NCBI GenBank assembly: GCA_030634545.1
Contig: DAOWAN010000001.1
Location: 15,010-79,009 of the forward strand
From: Candidatus Nanohalarchaeota archaeon
GTDB lineage: Archaea; EX4484-52; B79-G9
Length of the DNA stretch: 64,000 bases
Reading direction: 5' to 3'
A program made the translations under genes and the position numbers. Of this stretch, positions 57,301 through 64,000 are shown one piece after another. The notes beneath the pieces were generated by a model that saw nothing but the letters and a program-made list of their open reading frames with translations, was not told the origin of the DNA and did not search any database. The stretch's first letter is position 1; every line of letters begins with the position of its first letter.

Positions 57301-57328
57301 TAAATGGCCAAACGGCATAAACCAGTAA
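54308..57328 (+). CDS. giant (1006 aa) surface protein with N- and C-terminal hydrophobic anchors and a Cys-rich N-terminal third
   Basis: The N-terminal helix is LLGGIVLGLLALLISLQLIG. About 30 Cys lie in residues 100-330. The C-terminus has hydrophobic segments (VVGAAAALLAAPTGPGALVAYCGTSMAVSTAGAWVLAGYM). No family recognised. Confidence 0.6.
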   Translation: MSRPYIFCMSVQMSTSLLGGIVLGLLALLISLQLIGVLDVMNVAEWAIESFTFLLEELFNIRTEEDRIAIESTSALTCATDTVARINQLIEDGEVIPENIFDSPSCSQGMPVGLAIARNAPRHGLMTARVIAVTDKITGAGIADIENPDAAYECGSDDNVKECGKIDNEICKKGERCVEGIGLAGITVWDCKKDDTCIPPAERVSKEFFPDASSLCFGNDMHVCVLCGTQADLTPDKVCCKCNFGGAISYSYGLKCGGCFGMTGLCEDAPNQNKCKDLGVEFVHSCAAEVYEDERSFQCEVLGFELPQKGLVEDELFKSDPLLGPINYIAVTGDPKYVVFNEKFPESVSQNWNLLGEDLAIIYIGTAAGITLLTDCAIPGVGKMLGKASEGVVNTGIAKTLKSHVDDTKNFIGGFQDGATNKISRIFLKRGLNKAKKNSLKKQAEKNIEDISRLPLAKEDIYALKWELRAASDLSETAEDLTDEAAEELAYELGELWLVKNNADLSDAVRQEADDKIIEKLGKLEIYPNTVPDDEYIMNPIIRASDGLVQIHRARSHRLPELTNFMKTGSIVVENHDVDEKVLQKLIFETTDMFPDKSKVDMAVEVIVKQASEGDAAAKGFISAAGAIADGDGKVKAATFLKLMRDNGITGKSLDPTTKKGAATIGLGLAMVGAAKIENMDYLRDPSNCGTNALCLFGHDWSLDISADMKFQGKMGDDALNLPLELKEAENGGQFYLASPCKADIILTQSKCECRKFYEADIFYSDIVIEEWGIKLVPAPGLAPVFIFTIIETFTVEAKFPTDSTYEFKYDGDPITFKFTPEEDEKNTEEITLKDGDTITDPLVLEHALRSMDKDQLNHWVRPNTNYEKQLHNPLNDDEPNEYKFSRMIRQNLEQGVNYKKCIKGDWWEFWQENENPDCIKVELKGYGDYDPNFCFEKKWDEASRAEAALFGTEMVVGAAAALLAAPTGPGALVAYCGTSMAVSTAGAWVLAGYMAEDKWPNGINQ

Positions 57329-57465
57329 GAAACAGATACGAAATAACCTATCAGTTTAGATTTTAGAACGATATAGACGATGCTTAATATAGCTTGATTC
57401 CCATAGATTAAGAACAAAATTTGTACTTTGAGGATGTTAATTTATTTTCATTCCCACGCAGGCGT

Positions 57466-58614
57466 TCATGAATCTTTATCTTTAAGTTTAAAGACGCCCG
57501 AAGCAAAAGACTTATCAGGTGTTCCTTTTGCTCCACTATCTTCACGCGGCGTCATTGGTGATGTTTGAGAGAAAAAATCATGCACAGGTGTTCTAACATC
57601 ATAATGTTCATTTGGTTCAAGATCCCATATATTTTTCCATTCAATATCATCTATGCCTATTACTTTTAAGTCATCCAGATTTTCTGTTCTGCCAGTTGCA
57701 TAAATTCCCATCTTATAATCGCTATATTCTAAAAATTTCTTATTATAAACCACCACATGGTGAAGTGTATCGCCATCGGAAACTATACCTGAACAGATAT
57801 CTGGCTTATTCTTGTCCAAAAAATGGTCATCAGTACCCCCCTCCATATATCCCCAACCCCAATATTCCGTAGACTTTTTAAGCATACTGCAATCTCCCTC
57901 TGGAGTCACAAAATACTTAGGGTCAGTAGAATATGGAATTCCATCCACCATTAGCGGAGATGCTTCGTTTTCAGAATCGCCACCATCACCATGATAATTA
58001 TCATCTACGAACTCACCAAGTTTTGTCAATCCTCCATCGGGATCATCAAATTCCCCGTCAGATATTTCTTTTGTCATTTTACTATTTATACCATCCATAT
58101 CAACAGATATTATCCCCTCAGCCTCTTCAACACACCCGGAAGTCATTATTTCAGCATATACTATTGCCCCTGCAACCATCATATATGCAAGTATTTCTTT
58201 TGGTCCTGCGGAGGCAACAGTATTTGCATATAATGTTCCTGCCGTCATCATGACCATGCCCAGTTCATTTTCCTGTGCAGGAGTAAGCATAGTAGTAATA
58301 TCATAATTATCCACTAAATCCGGAAATGCCTGGGCAAATATGTCGTTATATGCCTCGTGAATTTTAGCATCACTATTTACAGAATCATCAAAAATATCTG
58401 CATCAAATCCCGAAAGGTCTGAAAGAAGTTTAGTTGCTACTAATGCGAGAGAGCCTTTTTTGAAATACCCCGGCATATTATTTAATGTCTTACCTGCTTC
58501 CACAATTGCATCTGTGTACATGCGTTCTATATGTTTATAGTTGGGTCTCGTGCCTTGTCCACTACGTATGAATCTTTCTATATTGAATGAATCCCCAGTT
58601 AGATACGATGCCAT
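57466..58614 (-). CDS. hypothetical protein (382 aa)
   Basis: Intact ORF with one internal hydrophobic stretch (MVMMTAGTLYANTVASAG...MVAGAIVYAEIM). It converges on the 1006-aa gene. No motif recognised. Confidence 0.5.
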   Translation of the reverse strand: MASYLTGDSFNIERFIRSGQGTRPNYKHIERMYTDAIVEAGKTLNNMPGYFKKGSLALVATKLLSDLSGFDADIFDDSVNSDAKIHEAYNDIFAQAFPDLVDNYDITTMLTPAQENELGMVMMTAGTLYANTVASAGPKEILAYMMVAGAIVYAEIMTSGCVEEAEGIISVDMDGINSKMTKEISDGEFDDPDGGLTKLGEFVDDNYHGDGGDSENEASPLMVDGIPYSTDPKYFVTPEGDCSMLKKSTEYWGWGYMEGGTDDHFLDKNKPDICSGIVSDGDTLHHVVVYNKKFLEYSDYKMGIYATGRTENLDDLKVIGIDDIEWKNIWDLEPNEHYDVRTPVHDFFSQTSPMTPREDSGAKGTPDKSFASGVFKLKDKDS

Positions 58615-58704
58615 ATGTTACACCTTCAGTGATTTTTACTGCTTTCATATCACCCGAATTACTATTAACTAGTAATAGCTATCTTTTTATATGTTTCGCT
58701 TTTC

Positions 58705-58781
58705 ATCACTTTTGTGATGAGGTTCCATCACTATAGTGATATTACGGAGGCACACATATAAATACATATCACTTTTGTGAT
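58705..58781. promoter_or_regulatory. three copies of a 14-bp palindrome ATCAC-N4-GTGAT (candidate operator array)
   Basis: The copies are atcacttttgtgat at 58705-58718, atcactatagtgat at 58727-58740 and atcacttttgtgat at 58768-58781. They lie 91-167 nt upstream of the minus-strand ATG at 58614. Confidence 0.45.
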
Positions 58782-59130
58782 ATTTGGGCAGAGAGAACAC
58801 GCCGCAACACCAGACACATCACCCCCAACCGAAATAAGCATACAGAAGAGCATGCCACATCTTTTGGAGTTCTCCCGCACCAAGGACATTCCATAACAAG
58901 AATTCCGGAAAAATATCCATAACAGGTAAAGAAGCCACAACAGAGAAAAGAATACACACACGAGACACAACAGAATAAAATGCATAACAGCAACAGATTT
59001 TGTATTTTATTCTCTTTTTTAGAGGAGAACATAAATAAGGTACCATTAACCCCGAAAGGAAAAGTATTATTGACACCGCAGTCAGATCCCACACAGTTAA
59101 CTATAAAAAAAAGCGCAAAGAAACATAACC

Positions 59131-60180
59131 ATGACCCCAAAAGAAACCAACATCCTGGAACTATCAAAACGCTGCCCAAAAAAAATGAAAAACGGGCCCT
59201 GCGGCTCATCATCCAATGGCAGATGCGAAGTAGGAGGGCTGTGCGTCTGGACTGAAATCTATCACCAGCTAAAAAAAGCAGGCAACATTTCCATACTAGA
59301 CAACGTCCTGGGCGCAGAAAAATACGGATACAGCCCATACAGCGACAAAAAAGCACCCTCATTCATGGACACAAAAGGATTCATAGTAACAACAGAACTT
59401 GACCCACCCAAAGGAACAAACCTCTCAAAGATAAAGACATTCCTGAAAAATATCCACGACATCAGCGCAATAAACGTCGTAGACAACCCACTCGGAAAAC
59501 CATTGATGTCACCGCTCCTCCCATGCTTCTACATCACAAAACACAACATAACACCAATCTACCAGATAACATGCAGAGACAGAAACATTGCCGCCATCCA
59601 GTCAGACATATTCGCAGCATACGCCTCAGGAATCCGCGACATACTCGTACTCACAGGAGACTATGTCACCCGAAACACAAAACCAGTATATGACATTGAT
59701 TCAACAATCCTCGCATACCTAATAAAGACAAAACTACCAGAAGGACAAGACTTCACAGGCGAAAAAACAGACACAAAGATAATAATGAATGTAGGCATTG
59801 CAGTAAACCCAAATGCAGAACCATTAGACATGGAATTGACAGCATTTCGAAAGAAGATGCAATTTGCAGACTTTGCACAGACTCAGGCAATCTTTGACCC
59901 CGACATCCTCGACAGGTTCTCAAGAGAAACAAACCATCACGACAAGACACTCATAGGAATACTCCCGATAACCTCTTACAAGATGGCAGAAGCAATCTCA
60001 AAAGTGCCCGGCATATCTATCCCGGACGCATTTATAGAAGAAATCAGACAAGACAAAAACGCAGGGATAAAGCGCGCAAAAGAACTAATAGCACAGGCAA
60101 AAACACTCGGTTTCAAAGGCGTACATCTGATGACATTTACAGACCATAAACTGCTATCTAAACTAATGAAGAGCGTGTAA
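59131..60180 (+). CDS. metF: methylenetetrahydrofolate reductase-like protein with N-terminal MetV-type Cys-rich domain
   Basis: The N-terminus CPKKMKNGPCGSSSNGRCEVGGLCVW matches the domain usually annotated as the MTHFR C-terminal/MetV zinc-ribbon-like domain. It is followed by a TIM-barrel MTHFR-like body (FIVTTELDPPKG...ITCRDRN...VLTGD). Confidence 0.75.
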   Translation: MTPKETNILELSKRCPKKMKNGPCGSSSNGRCEVGGLCVWTEIYHQLKKAGNISILDNVLGAEKYGYSPYSDKKAPSFMDTKGFIVTTELDPPKGTNLSKIKTFLKNIHDISAINVVDNPLGKPLMSPLLPCFYITKHNITPIYQITCRDRNIAAIQSDIFAAYASGIRDILVLTGDYVTRNTKPVYDIDSTILAYLIKTKLPEGQDFTGEKTDTKIIMNVGIAVNPNAEPLDMELTAFRKKMQFADFAQTQAIFDPDILDRFSRETNHHDKTLIGILPITSYKMAEAISKVPGISIPDAFIEEIRQDKNAGIKRAKELIAQAKTLGFKGVHLMTFTDHKLLSKLMKSV

Positions 60181-60183
60181 CTT

Positions 60184-60864
60184 GTGAGACTAGGCATATT
60201 ATTCTCCGGCGGCAAAGACTCATGCTATGCCTTATATAAAGCGCAAAAGACCGACAAAATCACCTGCCTGATTTCCATCCTCTCAAAAAACAAGGAAAGC
60301 TACATGTTCCACACACCAAACATAGACCTAACCAGACTACAGGCAGAATCAATCAGCATCCCACTCATACAAAAAATCACAGAAGGAAAGAAAGAAGAAG
60401 AACTGCACGACCTGAAAGAAGCCATTTCAGAAGCCAAAAAGACACACAATATTGAAGGCATTGTCACAGGAGCAATTGAATCAGTCTACCAGGCAAAAAG
60501 AGTCCAGAACATATGCAACGAACTGGACTTATGGTGCTTCAATCCACTCTGGATGAAAGACCAGAAAGAGCTATTGCATGAACTGGTAAATCATGGATTT
60601 CACATAATAATCACAGGGATATTCGCATATCCCCTTGACGAGAGATGGCTTGGAAGAAAGATAGACAATAATGTCATTGACGAACTAGCCATTCTAGAAA
60701 AAAAGTACCAGATGAACCCCGCAGGCGAAGGCGGCGAGATAGAGACAACAGTCCTTGACGCGCCTTTTTTCAAGAAAAAAATCAAAATTATTGATTCCTG
60801 CGCCATAGCAGAAGAAAACTCAGGAACACTCACAATAAAAAAAGCAAAACTGGTGAGCAAATGA
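60184..60864 (+). CDS. N-type ATP pyrophosphatase, diphthine-ammonia ligase (Dph6/MJ0570)-like
   Basis: It uses a GTG start. The PP-loop is LFSGGKDSCYALYKA, followed by GIVTGAIESVYQ and a later EGGEIET motif typical of the MJ0570 family. Confidence 0.75.
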   Translation: MRLGILFSGGKDSCYALYKAQKTDKITCLISILSKNKESYMFHTPNIDLTRLQAESISIPLIQKITEGKKEEELHDLKEAISEAKKTHNIEGIVTGAIESVYQAKRVQNICNELDLWCFNPLWMKDQKELLHELVNHGFHIIITGIFAYPLDERWLGRKIDNNVIDELAILEKKYQMNPAGEGGEIETTVLDAPFFKKKIKIIDSCAIAEENSGTLTIKKAKLVSK

Positions 60865-61403
60865 TACTTATAGTTGACATGAATCACAAAAAAGACTCAC
60901 TTGCATTTTCAGAATTTATCCTGCCAATCATATCTGTTGCAAAAAAGACAGACACATGCATAGCAAAACATTATAGCGATATCAACCAAAAAGAAATCGA
61001 AAAATACAGCAAAATCATACTCTCAGGCACTGCGCTAAAAGACAATACCTACCTAAAAGACGCAGACAAATTGGCATGGCTAAAAAAAACAAATACACCG
61101 GTTTTAGGCATCTGCGCAGGCATGCAGATCATCAGCGCCGTATTTGGCTCAGACACAAAAAAATGCATGGAAATCGGCATGACCGAAATAGAGACAGTAA
61201 AAAAGAATCCTTTATTTACAGGCAATTTCAGCGCATACGAACTTCACAACTGGACCGTTGACATACCATCTAATTTTTGCATACTTGCAAAATCAAAGAA
61301 ATGCGCACAGGCAATAAAGCACAAGAAAAAAGATATCTACGGCATCCTCTTCCACCCGGAAGTCAGAAACAGAGAGATAATTGGGCGATTTGCACAATCA
61401 TGA
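60861..61403 (+). CDS. class I glutamine amidotransferase (GMP synthase subunit A-like)
   Basis: 180 aa. The nucleophile elbow is LGICAGMQ and the His-Glu motif is FHPEV. Its ATGA overlaps the upstream gene. Confidence 0.7.
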   Translation: MILIVDMNHKKDSLAFSEFILPIISVAKKTDTCIAKHYSDINQKEIEKYSKIILSGTALKDNTYLKDADKLAWLKKTNTPVLGICAGMQIISAVFGSDTKKCMEIGMTEIETVKKNPLFTGNFSAYELHNWTVDIPSNFCILAKSKKCAQAIKHKKKDIYGILFHPEVRNREIIGRFAQS

Positions 61404-61493
61404 AAGGATACATATCTCATAACAGACCATATCAGCTCAAAAGAGGCATACATCACACATACATAACATATGGTGCCTCTATTGGAACAGAAC

Positions 61494-61955
61494 TTACTGT
61501 TTCTTCATAGAACCCAGCAACATCAGCAAGAGTATCTCCCCAATCCGTATCTCTTTGCCTGTTCCCAGTGCGATGATTACGGCATCAGTAATATCCATAC
61601 CATAAAATTCGCCCCCAACAACCAATCCACCATATAGCTTTCCGCGATTTAACCCATCTTTTTCCATATCTGTAATCACAGCATACTCAATCTTTAATTT
61701 ATTATTCGCAGCAACTTCAATAAATGCAAAAGATGTACTTCCTTTAAAAACATCATCAGATTCTTCGCCAGCAGGATATTTCAGAATTTCTGCATCTTTC
61801 GAAGAAAATATAATTGGAACTGTTAATTCTGAACCATATTTAAGGTTAACCGTAGTACAGAGAGAGAAATCATCATCATCAACACCGCACCGATAAGCAC
61901 TATGAATTTCAACACCTTTTGCAGAGAGATAACCTGAAAATTGTCCGACATCCAT
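61494..61955 (-). CDS. hypothetical protein (weak bifunctional-nuclease/DUF151-like C-terminal pattern)
   Basis: 153 aa. Only MDITDAVIIALGTGKEIRI resembles the D..DAI.LA...G.PI motif of BFN-domain proteins. Confidence 0.35.
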   Translation of the reverse strand: MDVGQFSGYLSAKGVEIHSAYRCGVDDDDFSLCTTVNLKYGSELTVPIIFSSKDAEILKYPAGEESDDVFKGSTSFAFIEVAANNKLKIEYAVITDMEKDGLNRGKLYGGLVVGGEFYGMDITDAVIIALGTGKEIRIGEILLLMLLGSMKKQ

Positions 61956-62076
61956 AATAATTCTCTACCAGTAACAAATAAATAACTATGATTATTACCT
62001 CACATAAGACCATCACAATTCCAACTCCACAACACATATAAAACTTGGCAGAAAAAGAGACATGCGGTGTTTTATC

Positions 62077-64000
62077 ATGGACAAAAATAAAGACAATACA
62101 AAAAAGAAAAAAGTAACATACGACCCCCAGGCAAGAGAGCCGCAACTCCAGCAGTTCTAGGAAAAAGAGCACATATACTGCTTTGAAAAAGACAGCAACA
62201 AACCCGTCTTCAGCATCGACACCCCCCCGCCCACAGTATCAGGCAAGATGCATCTGGGTCACGCATTCTCATACAGCCAGGCAGACTTCATCGCAAGATA
62301 CAAGCGCATGAGAGGTCATAACGTATTCTACCCATTCGGCTTCGACGACAACGGGCTTGCCACAGAACGATACGTCGAAAAAAAAGAAAAAGTACGCGCA
62401 ACAAAAATGCCGCGCAAAAAATTCGTAGAACTATGCCTAAAATCCACAACCGACGCAGAGAAATCACTCAAAGATTCATGGTCACGCTTAGGCGTCAGCC
62501 CAGACTGGAACATCACATACCGCACAATAGACCAGAACTGCCAGAGGACATCACAACTGTCATTCATCAGACTTTACGAGATGGGCAGGGAATACCAGAA
62601 AGAAGCACCCACCATATGGTGCCCGAAATGCCAGACAGCAATTGCGCAAGTAGAACTTAATGACCAGGAATTTGCATCCACATTCAATGACATAATATTC
62701 AGATTTGAAGACAACACAGAATTGACAATTGCAACAACAAGACCGGAACTGCTTCCAAGCTGCGTTGCCGTATTTGTCCACCCGGATGACAAAAGATACA
62801 AAAAACACATAAATAAAGATGTAATCGTACCGCTTTTTAATCAGAAAGTAAAAATACTTGCAGATAAAAGAGCAGACCCAGAAAAAGGAACAGGTGCGGT
62901 AATGTGCTGTACATTCGGCGACCAGACAGACATAGAATGGTACAAAGCGCACAATCTCCCGATGAAGATATCCATCACAAAAGACGGGTACATGAACGAG
63001 AATGCAGGCAGATACAAAGGCATGACAATAAAAGACGCGCGCAAAAACATAATCGACGACCTCAAAAACAAAGACCTCCTCAAAACCCAAAAACACATCA
63101 CACACTCAGTCAACATACACGAGAGATGCAGCACAGAAGTAGAAATACTCAACACAAAACAATGGTTCATCAAATACCTTGACCTCAAAGAAGAGTTCAT
63201 CAAAGCAGGCAAAAAAATCAAGTGGTATCCAGAATACATGCGCATCCGCTATGACAACTGGATAAACGGTCTCCAATGGGACTGGTGCATATCGCGCCAG
63301 CGATATTTCGGTGTGCCATTCCCGATATGGTACTGCAAAAAATGCAAAAAAGTCATGGTAGCAGACGAAAAAGACCTGCCAGTTGACCCCCTTGAAGACA
63401 AACCCAAAATTGCATGCAAATGCGGCTCAAATGAGTTTGATGCAGAAAAAGATGTGCTTGACACTTGGGCAACATCGTCGCTTACACCAGAAATTGCACT
63501 CAAGTGGCAGAAAGATAACAAATTCTTCAAAAGCATGTATCCAATGGACTTAAGACCCCAGGCACACGATATCATCACATTCTGGCTATTCAACACAGTC
63601 GTCAAAGGAATCCTTCATGAAAAAGATATACCATGGAAAAATACAATGATATCAGGTCACGCACTTGACCCAAGAGGAAAAAAAATGTCAAAAAGCAAAG
63701 GAAACGCAATAGACCCTATCGCAACAATCGAAAATCACTCCGCAGATGCCCTGAGATTCTGGGCAGCAGGCTCAAAACTAGGCGATGATCTGGCATACCA
63801 GGAAAAAGACCTCATCACAGGCAGGAAATACATCGTGAAACTCTTCAATGCCACCAGGTTTGCGATGATCCATCTTGAGAACTACAAAGTATCAAGACCA
63901 GAAAAACTAACGACAATCGACAGGTGGGCTTTATCGAAACTAAACAAGCTAGTCAAATTGTCAATCGACGAATTTGAAAGATACGAATACACAAAATCAA
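62077..64000 (+). CDS. valS: valyl-tRNA synthetase (3' end beyond window; 5' end disrupted by two frame changes)
   Basis: Frame 1 is open from 62116 to the window end and reads ...FSIDTPPPTVSGKMHLGHAFSY...KMSKSKGN... (class I HIGH and KMSKS motifs). The conserved N-terminus YDPQAREPQLQQF lies in frame 3, and the only ATG (62077) is in frame 1 before a TAA at 62113. Confidence 0.85.

Noticed and set aside
58731-63605. Long minus-strand ORFs lie at 58769..59362, 62560..63105, 62841..63245 and 63249..63605, and plus-strand ORFs at 58980..59255 and 62433..62660.
   Set aside because: The plus strand here is strongly A+C-rich and T/G-poor, as are most plus-strand intergenic spacers in the window (for example 12263-12380, 18480-18590 and 20100-20220). 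Stop codons are therefore rare on the antisense strand. These ORFs overlap valS and metF or a non-coding spacer and have Cys/Phe/Arg-rich nonsense translations. The skew itself looks like replication- or transcription-linked composition, not a feature.
1-64000. I scanned the larger intergenic regions (806-941, 1165-1735, 12263-12602, 18166-18686, 20094-20517, 40216-40438, 52540-52742, 57328-57466, 58614-59131 and 61955-62077) for tRNA, rRNA, transposase or integrase genes.
   Set aside because: I found no cloverleaf-compatible sequence with a GTTCRAATC-type T-loop, no rRNA-like conserved blocks, and no DDE or tyrosine-recombinase motifs in any ORF. A covariance-model scan (tRNAscan-SE or Infernal) should confirm this.

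Overview
This is a visibly AT-rich window with dense, operon-style coding and many Shine-Dalgarno-like GGAGG/GGTGA motifs. I ran no homology search. Every family call below rests on motifs I recognise by eye in the supplied translations.

The gene content points to an archaeon, plausibly a small-genome DPANN-like lineage. The evidence is an archaeal-type ValRS, a diphthine-ammonia-ligase-type protein, a FlaI/TadA-like ATPase with T2SF-type membrane partners, and more than ten ORFs with class III (archaeal type IV pilin-like) N-termini.

Layout:
- 0-13.7 kb: housekeeping and stress genes (tatD, Kef-type antiporter, CBS protein, KAP-NTPase/HEAT fusion, grpE-dnaK-dnaJ, DEDDh exonuclease).
- 13.7-20.1 kb: a pilus-assembly operon plus a pilin gene.
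- 21-27.5 kb: glycogen genes (debranching enzyme, GT3 synthase, GT4).
- 27.5-40.2 kb: a surface/lipid-glycan region with a B12-radical-SAM enzyme, a U32-like protein, a DPM1-like GT2, a flippase-like protein, two radical-SAM/SPASM paralogs and three large GT-C-like membrane paralogs.
- 40.4-45.9 kb: the most unusual locus. It holds a small HxsD-like protein, a peptide ending in 13 consecutive Trp-Xaa-(Asn/Asp/His) triplets, a fused double radical-SAM enzyme, a radical-SAM/SPASM enzyme and a polytopic membrane protein. I interpret it as a candidate triceptide/His-Xaa-Ser-like RiPP system.
- 46.3-57.3 kb: two divergent operons of pilin-like proteins, several of them very large and Cys-rich.
- 58.7-64 kb: housekeeping again (MTHFR-like, Dph6-like, GATase, valS).

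Other points:
- A mosaic intergenic repeat made of concatenated 7-9 bp stem / 3-nt loop hairpins occurs at least three times. Two copies bracket the radical-SAM cassette.
- I found no rRNA, convincing tRNA, CRISPR array, transposase or integrase.
- Several frame anomalies (valS 5' end, a small zinc-ribbon ORF) could be assembly indels or real disruptions.
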